A stretch of 63,911 nt of DNA, counting the filler, from Octopus bimaculoides (Eukaryota): NCBI RefSeq assembly GCF_001194135.2. It is 8 parts of 7 records of this genome, joined end to end, with 100 filler letters (N's around TTAATTAATTAA, not from the genome) between each part and the next. Parts side by side here need not be neighbours in the genome. Positions count along the whole stretch, not along the records: positions 1 to 20,692 come from NC_068996.1; positions 20,793 to 31,348 come from NC_068990.1; 6 more parts are not named here. One strand, written 5' to 3'. This document shows positions 12,880-22,848 of this stretch, one piece after another; position 1 is the first letter of the stretch; every line of letters starts with the position of its first letter. A model generated the notes under the pieces. It saw only the letters and a program-made list of their open reading frames with translations, was not told the DNA's origin and did not search any database. Made by a program: the position numbers and the translations under genes.

Positions 12880-13575
12880 TCTATATCCAGATTATAAATT
12901 TACATTCAGACCTCTGGCATTATGTTGTGCTTGAGAAGAAGACCCATCCGGCCAACTAAAATTGCATTCATGGCAGACACTGGTGGCATGTAAAAGCACC
13001 TTTTGAGTGTTATTTCTTTATTACCCACAAGGGGCTACAAACAGAGGGGACAAACTGATTAAGTCGATTATATCGACCCCAGTGCGTAACTGGTACTTAT
13101 TTAATCGACCCCGAAAGGATGAAAGGCAAAGTCGACCTCAGCGGAATTTGAACTCAGAACGTAGCGGCAGACGAAATACCGCTAAGCATTTCGCCCGGCG
13201 TGCTAACGTTTCTGCCAGCTAACCGCCTTTTGAGTGTTGGGAGGCAAGGACCAAGACCATTTGGTATTATGCTGTGCTTTGAGCATTGGGCTTCACGGAG
13301 GCAATGACCAAGTCTGTTTGGCATTATGCCGTGCTTGAGAAGACCCATCAAGCCAAATCATGGCAGATACTGATGTCATGCAAAAAGCACCCGTGCTGGT
13401 GGCACATAAAAGCACTCATTGCACTCTGAGTGGTTAGCATTAGGAAGGGCATTCACCTGTAGAAACCATGCCAAAACAGATCGGAATCTTGTGCAGCCTT
13501 CCAGCTTGCCAGCCCTGGTCAAACTGTCCAACTCATGCCAACACTGACAACAAATGTTAAATGATGATGATGATT
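12880..13575 (+). mobile_element. RTE 3'-end-related repeat interrupted by a SINE
   Basis: GTGCTTGAGAAGACCCATC motif and (GAT)n tail shared with the 3' end of RTE copy 14850-15660. Confidence 0.7.
13012..13227 (-). mobile_element. Full-length SINE with target-site duplication
   Basis: Flanked by TTTTGAGTGTT at 13001-13011 and 13228-13238. B-box-like GAGTTCAAATTCC; homologous to 26364-26566. Confidence 0.88.
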
Positions 13576-13576
13576 T

Positions 13577-13741
13577 ATACCAACAATAATTGTTGCTCTT
13601 GGTTTTGTGAGTAAATGCCTACATGACAATCTGGATAAGCTAGGGTTTCCAGTGAAAGAAATCAACCAACTAATTCACATGTTACAAATACAATCTATAA
13701 GTGGAATGGTAAAAATTTGCAAAACTTTTCTCAAGTTTAAG
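13577..13741 (+). mobile_element. C-terminal fragment of an R4/Dong-like (RLE) non-LTR retrotransposon
   Basis: IPTIIVALGFVSKCLHDNLDKLGF..LQIQSISGMVKICKTFLKF resembles the terminal xxGALGx..L..LG..Q..xxG..KI motif of RLE elements. Confidence 0.55.
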
Positions 13742-13964
13742 ATTTGTTTTTGTTATCTACATTCCAATGGTGGAGCTTTGTATCTTCGTTATAAACCAGC
13801 TCCTTCCTCAGAGAAAGAATTTAAATAAGTAAAAACAGAAGAGAACATACATACATATACACATGTATATATATATATATATATATATTCACGATGGGCT
13901 TTTTTAGTTTCCTTCTTCCTAGTCCACTCACAAGGCTTTGATAGCCCCAAGACTATAATAGAAG

Positions 13965-14165
13965 ACATTATTTACATTTGACAGATATTTGTCCTCATCT
14001 TGTTTGTTGTTAACACGTTTTAGCTGATATACCCTCCAGTCTTCATCAGGTGTCTTGGAGAAATTTTGAACCTGTGTTCTCATTCCAAAGGTATTTTCCA
14101 ATGTCGTCAGTGTTGGCATCGTTCAGGTCACCCCAAGATTCCGAGTTCGATTCCAGGCAGTGACT

Positions 14166-14205
<40 letters not shown>

Positions 14206-14395
14206 CAACAATGATGACGATAAATACCTTAGGAATGGGAACCCAGGGGTTTGAAATTTCCCCAAGACACTTGATGAAGGCTGGAGGGTATATCAGCCAA
14301 AACGTTACCTTAACAACAAACAAGATGAGGACAAATATCCATCAAATGTAAATAATGTACATAATTCCTCATCTCTTAAATATAGATCCGTATAA
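13965..14395. mobile_element. Two oppositely oriented copies of a repeat containing a decayed hammerhead-like motif
   Basis: 13970-14100 (-) and 14220-14390 (+) share AAATACCTT..CCAAGACAC(C/T)TGATGAAG..GGAGGGTATATCAGC..AAAACG..AACAACAAACAAGATGAGGACAAATATC. Confidence 0.75.
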
Positions 14396-14849
14396 TAGAA
14401 GACATTTGTTTAAGGTGCCACACAGTGGACCATATGGTTGGGAAACAAGTGCTTCTTAACCACATAGCCATGCCTGTGCCTTCAAATTTGTTTTCATGAA
14501 ATGTCCCAGTTGCAATATTGTCCAAACCCTTCTCACCTCTGATATGTCCCATGATGACAATATATTTTGTCGTCTCTACAGTACTGGTCCGAATGGTGTA
14601 CCTTCGCGGACCGACCCAACTGACTGTGTCAGTCCACTATTCATTTATAAGGCCATTGCTCACACTGACAAAACTGCCAGTATTTTTTATGCTCAAATAT
14701 CTTCTCTGGAATTGGTTTTGGAATCACTTTCATTTCAGAGTCAGAAGTTGATTAATATGACCTAGTATGATCTATGATACCTAATTCTCTAAAGGACTTC
14801 ATGCAGTGAAATAAGGTTTAAAATGTTACCCTATTTAAAATACATCATC

Positions 14850-15660
14850 ATCATCATCATCATCATCATCATTTAACATCTGTTTTCTATGCTTGCATGA
14901 GTTGGACGGTTTAACCGGAGCCTGCAAGCTGGAGAGCTGCACCAGATTCCAGCCTGATTTTGCTTGATTTCTATGGCTGAATCCCCTTCCTAATGGCAGC
15001 CGCTTTACAGAATATGCTGGGTGCTTTTTATTTTGCATGAGCAGAAGTGCTCGCATGGAAGCTTTTTACATGGTGCCAGCACAGATGCTTTTTACATGAC
15101 ACCAGCACAGAGATGTTACTGGCCAGTCCACTTCAGCAGGGGTTGGGGAGCATTAACAATTCTGCAGTGGAAGATGGGTCTTCTTGAGTGGAGCAAGACG
15201 CTAGGTATTTCGGTCCATGTCATCTCCATAAAGCTCAGTGTCCTGAGGTTGTCCTTCAGTGCTTTGTCCCATGCCTTCCTGGGTCTCCCTCTTCCACAAG
15301 TTCCATCCACTTTGGGTGATTGGCACTTCTTTATGCAGCTGTCTCCATCTATCTGCAGAACATGACCAAACCAGTGCAGTTTTCTTTCTTGCACACTACA
15401 TCAATTCATTCTTCTTATGCCTAACTTTTCTATCAACACACTTTGTTGCACATGCACACTCACATTGCACATCCAGCAGAGCATACTAGCCTCATTCCTC
15501 TCTAGGCTTCACATGTGCTCTGCATTCAAGGCCTACATCTCACTACCATGTAGAATTGCTGTTCATATACATGCATGATACAATCTCCATCAAACCTTTG
15601 GTTGCCAACAGGTAAAAGCTCCTTGAATTTTCTTCACTCTATTCTTATTCTAGCTCTGTT
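14850..15660 (-). mobile_element. 5'-truncated RTE LINE with intact 3' UTR and (GAT)n tail, in the last PRDX5-like intron
   Basis: ORF 15116-15394 QERKLHWFGHVLQIDGDSCIKKC..GTCGRGRPRKAW, continuous with the tail to the (CAT)n at about 14844-14872. Confidence 0.9.
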
Positions 15661-15672
15661 TAAAATACTGTA

Positions 15673-15905
15673 TGTAGTAGTAGTAGTAGTAGCAGTAGCA
15701 GCAGTGGCAGTAGTAGTATTAGTAGTAGTAGCAGCAGCAGTGGCAGTAGTAGTAGTTGTAGTATCAGTAGTAGTAGCAGCAGCAGCAGTGGCAGTAGTAT
15801 TAGTAGTAGCAGCAGCAGTGGCAGTAGTAGTAGTTATAGTAGTAGTGACAGTAGCAGTAGTAGTAGTAGTAGCAGCAGTGGCAGTAGTAGTAGTAGTAAT
15901 AGTAA
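15673..15905. repeat. Compound (GTA/GCA)n trinucleotide array
   Basis: Direct reading. Five recurrences of GCAGTGGCAGTAGTA. Confidence 0.95.
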
Positions 15906-15958
15906 TTGTGTACATAATAATCAATCTATGATTTCTCTTTTCTCATTCTCTTTTGCAG

Positions 15959-16067
15959 TTATTCCATTGTCTTAGAAAACAGCATTGTACAAAGTATCAA
16001 TTTAGAACCAGATCACACTGGATTAGCATGTTTACTTTGTATAAAGAATATGAAATCTCCTCATTGA
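15959..16067 (+). CDS. PRDX5: Peroxiredoxin-5-like last coding exon ([R][35 protein letters not shown])
   Basis: TTTTGCAG acceptor ending at 15958. Phase 2 completes CG|T (Arg). EPDxTGLxC resolving-Cys motif; TGA at 16065-16067. Not in the ORF track in this frame. Confidence 0.92.
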
Positions 16068-16607
16068 AATTCCAACCTCATTATTCATTGAATCATATTC
16101 CATCATTGTCAAAATATGGCAACCTCAGCATCTCCTGAAAACTGCTTCACTAAAAGTGAATGCTTTGAATCTCAGGTATTCAAAACACAAACCCTACTAA
16201 ACCAAACAACAACACTAATTATTAAATATTAAACTATTTAAAAATAGTTTCTCAAGAAAGACTTGTGAAAACATCTTATTCTACTATGGATGAAGATTTC
16301 ATGAAATTTCTTCTCTTGTGGATGTTTCCAAATAAAACCAGATTTCTAGTGCCACCTTGCTGGACTGAACATTTATACAGTGAGTTATTTTCTGAATGGA
16401 AAGACAATTTCAGCAGTATACATGGCGCTTACAGAAGGGCAGGAGTAAATAATGTTTGCAGTGACTAATTATGATATTAGTGTGTGTGTGTGAGAGAGAG
16501 ATAATATGTAACTGTGTGTTTGTGCATTTGTGTGTGTATATGTATACACACACGCAAATTTCTATGTATATTGTATATTATGGGTATTGGAATGTTCAAT
16601 TCCCTGC

Positions 16608-16613
16608 AATAAA
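16608..16613 (+). promoter_or_regulatory. Candidate polyadenylation signal of the PRDX5-like gene (alternative AATAAA at 16331-16336)
   Basis: AATAAA about 540 nt after the stop, followed by T-rich sequence. Motif only. Confidence 0.4.
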
Positions 16614-16886
16614 ATTGTTACTCTACAACTGTATTGTTCTCTCTTTCTCTGAAGTATCTGGACCCAGTATATTAATTATTCTTACACTTATATATTACTT
16701 CTAATGCTCCCTACTCCATCATCCCCTCACTCTTATTCTGGTTCTCCCATACTCGCCCCTCTATCATCATCTTACAATATTTCTTTTTCTCTCATTGGTC
16801 TGCTTTGAGCTTTACCATTTCACATTCTCTTAAATTTTATAAAAATTCTTATGATGTTATAGATATATGCGTGTGTAAGTATATAT

Positions 16887-17333
16887 CGACGACTGGCACC
16901 CGTGCCAACGTCGTCTCCTTCATTGGACACGAAACTCAGCTTGCTAAGAGTTATTGGGGCAAGCGAAAGCGAAATCGTGAAGGCACCTGTGCCCAGCGTC
17001 GCCTTTCTAGCACTTGTGCCCGCGGCATGTGTAAGGACTTTCGAGAGAGATCGTTGCCAGTGCCCCTGGACTGGCTCTTGTGCGGGTGGCACATAAAATA
17101 CACCATTTTGAGCGTGGCCGTTGCCAGTACTGCCTGACTGGCCTTCGTGCCGGTGGCACGTAAAAGCACCTACTACACTCTCTGAGTGGTTGGCATTAGG
17201 AAGGGCATCCAGCTGTAGAAACTCTGCCAAATTAGATTGGAGCCTGGTGTTGCCATCTGGTTTCACCAGTCCTCAGTCAAATCGTCCAACCCATGCTAGC
17301 ATGGAAAGCGGACGTTAAATGACGATGATGATG
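16887..17333 (+). mobile_element. CpG-rich (young) copy of the RTE-tail repeat family; partial inverted copy at 17990-18108
   Basis: Same tail as 1330-1638. 17990-18108 is the reverse complement of about 17030-17140. Confidence 0.85.
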
Positions 17334-17388
17334 ATATATATATATATATATACATACTTACAGCTCTGGTCAAACCATCCAACCTATA

Positions 17389-17542
17389 GGCACAGTCATG
17401 GGTATATGATAAGAAGCTTGCTTCCCAACCACATGGTTTTGAGTTCAGTCCTACTGCTTCGCACCTTGGGCAAGTGTCTTCTTGGGCTGACCAAAGTCTT
17501 GTGAGTGGATTTGGTAGACAGAAACTGAAAGAAGCCCGTCGT
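17389..17542 (+). mobile_element. tRNA-related SINE (AAGAAGCTTGCTTCCCAACCACATGG family)
   Basis: Homologous copies at 13890-13966(-), 14395-14480(-), 17746-17904(-), 25180-25250(+), 29132-29268(-) and 39387-39498(+). Confidence 0.85.
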
Positions 17543-17561
17543 ATATATATATATATATATA

Positions 17562-17715
17562 CTCTTTTACTTGCTTCAGTCATTTTGACTGTGGCAATGC
17601 TGGAGCACCGCCTTTAGTTGAGCAAATCAACCCCAGGACTTATTCTTTGGATGCAGAGTACTTATTCTATCAGTCTCTTTTGCTGAACCGCTAGGTTACG
17701 GGGATGTAAACACAC
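17562..17715 (+). mobile_element. Short interspersed repeat (TTGACTGyGGCCATGCTGGAGCACC family)
   Basis: Homologous copies at 39575-39720(-), 54900-55095(-) and 59545-59712(+). Confidence 0.8.
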
Positions 17716-17745
17716 ACACATATATATACATATACATATATATAT

Positions 17746-17904
17746 ACGATGGGCTTGTTTCAGTTTCCGTCTACCAAATCCACTCCCAAGGCTTTGGTTG
17801 GCCTGAGACTATAGTAGAAGACACTTGCCCAAGGTGCCACGTAGTGGGAATGAACCCGGAATCATGTGGTTGGTAAGCAAGCTACTTACCACACAGCCAC
17901 TCCT
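17746..17904 (-). mobile_element. tRNA-related SINE, inverted relative to 17389-17542
   Basis: Reverse complement of the same family. Confidence 0.85.
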
Positions 17905-18289
17905 ACACACACACATACAATAAGATATAATAACATATTAATGTATATTAAATACATTATAATATAGATGGCTATAGCAATTAAAACCAAAAGTCAGGCG
18001 GTACTGGCAATGGCCATGCTCAAAATGGTGTATTGTACGTGCTATCTGCACAGGAGCCAGTCCAGCGGCACTGGCAAAGATCTCGCTCGAATGTCTTTAC
18101 AAGTGCCAGGAATGTATTTATATATGTATATAGGCATGCATATATGTATATATATATATGTATATANNNNNNNNNNNNNNNNNNNNNNNNNNNNNNNNNN
18201 NNNNNNNNNNNNNNNNNNNNNNNNNNNNNNNNNNNNNNNNNNNNNNNNNNNNNNNNNNNNNNNNNNTTTTTGTTTCACTTTTGACACGT

Positions 18290-18495
18290 AATACTTAAAT
18301 AGTGGAGGAAATATTACGTTGCCGTGGGCTCGAACTCTACAAGAAGTTTAAAAAATTTTTTGACTAAAACACAACTGGAACCCTAAGTAAAGCATCTGTA
18401 AAATTTGAATGAAATTGGTTACGTAGTTCTCGAGTTTTAGGGATTCACACACACACACACACACACACACATTCTCATTTTTATATATATAGATA
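18290..18495 (+). mobile_element. Possible non-autonomous Helitron/DINE-1-like element
   Basis: AAATTTGAATGAAATTGGTT..GTAGTTCTCGAGTT, an internal (CA)n and a TTTTTATATATATAGAT end resemble that class from memory. Not verified. Confidence 0.4.
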
Positions 18496-20142
18496 CATAA
18501 AAATAAAAACAAAACACAAAGGATTCTGCGGTACACGTGTTTCAAGCTTTATATTTGTTGCATCATTATTGGTATATAATTGAGAGCATAAAGCTATCTT
18601 CAGCCGCAAATATATTCTTTCCCAAAAATTATATCTCAAAGAAATTAAAGGAGGGAGGAACATGAGAGATAAAAGGTGAGAGTCCACTTGGTATTGTTCA
18701 TTGTAATATACCTCGTAGAATCTTTAATTTGAAATATTTACATAAAAGTTCATCGGTACTCCGAAATCTGTCCATATTGTGCCACAGTTCAGTGTAGAGT
18801 GAATGCTAAATAAACAATACTAGCTTATATTAGCTAGAAGGGGAGCGTCAAAAGAGGGAAGAAGTTGGTGGTTAAAACAATATAAAATAAAAAATAAAAT
18901 AATATAAAATAAAATAAGGAATATAAAATACTAAGAAGAAAGATACGCAGATATTCATACAAAAATAATAGAAGTCAAATCGGTGGGGAGGATAATATAA
19001 GAAACAATAAGAGAAAATCTGGATAGTAAAGTAAGATACATCTAAGCTATTTAGACGGGCTGGAGAAGGGTGGTGAAACATAAAACTAAAGGAATAAAAT
19101 AACAGAGTTAAAATGCATGGAGATAAGAAAAAAATCTAAAGGTAGAAAAAGAAGATAAATAAAGATAGATAAAGAGATCTTAAAGGTCGTAAAAGACAGA
19201 CATACATGAGCTGCGTCGGCCTAGACTAGTGGTGGGTCATAAATAAATAGCGTCAGGCTAGAGTAAACTTGAAATATGATATTCTTGTGGTGAGTGGTCA
19301 GTTTAGGCGAATTACAACTTAAGTCTACGAAATTATCTATTATATTGGTACATACACTTATCTGGGTGATGGAAGCGGAAAAAGGTAATTAGAACATATA
19401 AAACCCAAAGGAATGAATAATTAGAAAATGTCAACAAGAAAAAGGTTATAAAGAATATAGAAGAGGGAGAAAAAAAAAAGGGTTTGACGTTAAAATTCAA
19501 AATACAGAGTATTGGGAACACTTCGACCTTAGTAATATAGTATAATAGTAATATTGTATTACATAATGTAATAGTGATAAGAAATAACAACACCAACGAC
19601 AATAATGCAAAAAATAAAGAATATAAAGAAACATAGAGGTTTGAAACGGTACAATGATTAGAAGAATATTGTGGTAGAGGAAGTTACAGTTTATCTATTA
19701 GTGTAAATTATATTGCATAGTGAACTACAACTATAATCGTGTTTTAATCAATGGGTATTGGTGTATGAATATAGAGAAGTCTGGGTTTTCATCTTGTAAT
19801 TGTTACTAGTATAATATTATTATAATAAAAAAACATTGCAGTGATTAGTGTTATTTTATGCTACTATTGTGTATTGTGGTGTCAATGGAAAGCTTCGAGT
19901 CAGTGACTGAAAGGTTTAGAGCTATTTCTGTAAGGGTGGGATTATGGATCCCGGGTTATTAAATATGTGTGTGTATTATGTGGTCAGAATCTAGCTATTC
20001 GAGGGTAAACAAAATTATTAAGTTACATAGTTAGGTTGGGGGTAGAGTACGGGCTTCGTTAATTCCATGTCTGAATTGTGGCAGGCAGGATCTGACGTGG
20101 GAGTTGCTAATGAGAGAAGTGCTTATAACTAAAAGAGAGGAC

Positions 20143-20511
20143 TTAGGGATTATAATATCTAAAGGTTTTAATCATTTTATGGATACAGGAAGGTTTGAAA
20201 TCTGACCTCTTATTAACTAGCTTACTCTTATCGGGGAATCTAATAATTTTCAAAAGTTCAAGGGAGCATAACTGGCAACCAGTTCTATTATCTTTATACA
20301 TTGGGGCCGATCCAACAATGGACCATCTAAGGCTAAAATTAATCTTATCGTCCTTAAGCTCCCAAATTCTACGAGATAATGAGGTGTTATTAGCCTTATG
20401 TCTTAGTCTAAACGAAGATCCGTGGTTATAAAACCTAGATTTCCAGGATGAAGAGCATCCAAGATAGGCGAGGGTGTTAGTTTCCGTAATAGTTTCGCAA
20501 GTACCTCTAAC
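20143..20511 (-). mobile_element. Penelope-like element GIY-YIG endonuclease fragment
   Basis: YLGCSSSWKSRFYNHGSSFR..TSLSRRIWELK..W.I..Y..CQLCSLE..LVNKRSDF..CIH matches PLE endonucleases. 5' part lost at a (TA)n tract. Confidence 0.9.
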
Positions 20512-20562
20512 ATATATATATATATATATATACATGTATATACATATATATATGTATACATG

Positions 20563-20600
<38 letters not shown>

Positions 20601-20934
20601 ATTATTACAAATTAAAAGGGTAAAGGTTTATCAATTTATTAATTTATTAATAAATCAACAATTAATTTTTACCAAGCCCTTCGGTATATGTTNNNNNNNN
20701 NNNNNNNNNNNNNNNNNNNNNNNNNNNNNNNNNNNNTTAATTAATTAANNNNNNNNNNNNNNNNNNNNNNNNNNNNNNNNNNNNNNNNNNNNTTACTCCA
20801 TTTACTAAATTTATATATATATATATATGTAGGTATGTATGTATGTATATATATATATAAGTTACATAGCAATCTTCTCTAACTACAGTTATCACATTCG
20901 GTTAAAATGTCTTAGGGTTAAACTGGTTCCTATG

Positions 20935-21026
20935 TATTTCCCTGAAGAAAAGATTACATCCTTATCAACATCACCTATTCCTTTGGAAGCTACAATTTGT
21001 AATCTTCGAAACATATGTTGGAAATA
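20935..21026 (+). ncRNA. Type I hammerhead ribozyme motif
   Basis: Stem I TATTTCC/GGAAATA, core CTGAAGA (20942-20948), stem II AAGATTACA/TGTAATCTT, GAAA (21008-21011), palindromic stem III ACATATGT, cleavage triplet GUU. Confidence 0.8.
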
Positions 21027-21502
21027 AAAGAATTCATTTAACAAATGCGTTTTACTCCATTTACTAAATTTATATATATATATATATGTAGGTATGTATG
21101 TATGTATATACGTTTATGAATTTGTGTTGCAAGATTCCTAATGTGAAACCGTGTGTTGAAACAGATGTTGTATTTCGGGATGGTCGTTTTTTCTTTTTTT
21201 TCTTTTTGCCAAATAAACACACGCATTCTATATTCGTTCTTCACTCGTTTATTACTGTTCTTATTCTAACTCATGTCCATTTTTCTGGAAAGATATCCGG
21301 ACAATGAACATGAATTAAAATAACAACAGGAATAAATGATTGAAGAACGAATATAGAGAGCGTGTGTTTATTTGGCAAAAAGAAAATGACTAGGATTTGC
21401 TGTGTGTAAAGTGCTAGTGTGTACGTTTGCAAATAAGTGTGAGAACGGTTATCTATGTTTATATACTGTCATGTAAAGCTAGACCGACAAACCTATCCAT
21501 CC

Positions 21503-21577
<75 letters not shown>

Positions 21578-22156
21578 NNNNNNNNNNNNNNNNNNNNNNN
21601 NNNNNNNNNNNNNNNNNNNNNNNNNNNNNNNNNNNNNNNNNNNNNNNNNNNNNNNNNNNNNNNNNNNNNNNNNNNNNNNNNNNNNNNNNNNNNNNNNNNN
21701 NNNNNNNNNNNNNNNNNNNNNNNNNNNNNNNNNNNNNNNNNNNNNNNNNNNNNNNNNNNNNNNNNNNNNNNNNNNNNNNNNNNNNNNNNNNNNNNNNNNN
21801 NNNNNNNNNNNNNNNNNNNNNNNNNNNNNNNNNNNNNNNNNNNNNNNNNNNNNNNNNNNNNNNNNNNNNNNNNNNNNNNNNNNNNNNNNNNNNNNNNNNN
21901 NNNNNNNNNNNNNNNNNNNNNNNNNNNNNNNNNNNNNNNNNNNNNNNNNNNNNNNNNNNNNNNNNNNNNNNNNNNNNNNNNNNNNNNNNNNNNNNNNNNN
22001 NNNNNNNNNNNNNNNNNNNNNNNNNNNNNNNNNNNNNNNNNNNNNNNNNNNNNNNNNNNNNNNNNNNNNNNNNNNNNNNNNNNNNNNNNNNNNNNNNNNN
22101 NNNNNNNNNNNNNNNNNNNNNNNNNNNNNNNNNNNNNNNNNNNNNNNNNNNNNNNN

Positions 22157-22191
<35 letters not shown>

Positions 22192-22789
22192 TATCAATCT
22201 ATCTATCAATATATATATATATATATATATACATATGTGTGTGTGTGTGTGTATGTATGTAAGTATGTATGTATACATGCATGCATGCATATATGTATGC
22301 ATGACTGCAATATATATTATTATTATATTTATCCTACATTATATCGGTACAGATCGATGCAACCCCAAAAACTTGTTCACCAGTGAACATCATTAGACTG
22401 TGGCCGGCATAATAGAATAGGAGCTTTATTTGCATATTCAAAACGTTTCCTGTAAACAAATTTAAAACACACACACACACACACAACAAACGAAGGAAAA
22501 AACAATTCCTTCAACAGTGTGTAAAACATCCAGTTCACTGGTACGGCAGTTGTATACCACAGAAATAGCGGTATAAATGCAAATTACAAATAATAAATTA
22601 AATAGAGAAATACAATTGACAGTCTAACAATTTTTTACATTATAATATAATATAGTATAGTATAAATAAAATATATTATAATATATTTTATTTATACTGT
22701 GCTATATTATATTATAATGTAATGAATTGTTAGATTGTCAATTGTATTTCTCTATTTAATTTATTATTTGTAATTATATACACACTCAC

Positions 22790-22848
<59 letters not shown>

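Noticed and set aside
15575-15931. Poly-Val/Ala and poly-Thr ORFs resembling a mucin or antifreeze-like protein
   Set aside because: They are translations of the intronic GTA/GCA microsatellite, with no splice or start context.
18705-18765. Minus-strand CCGATGA with a weak stem as a possible 3' pLTR hammerhead of the PLE
   Set aside because: Core altered and GAAA absent; too degenerate to support.
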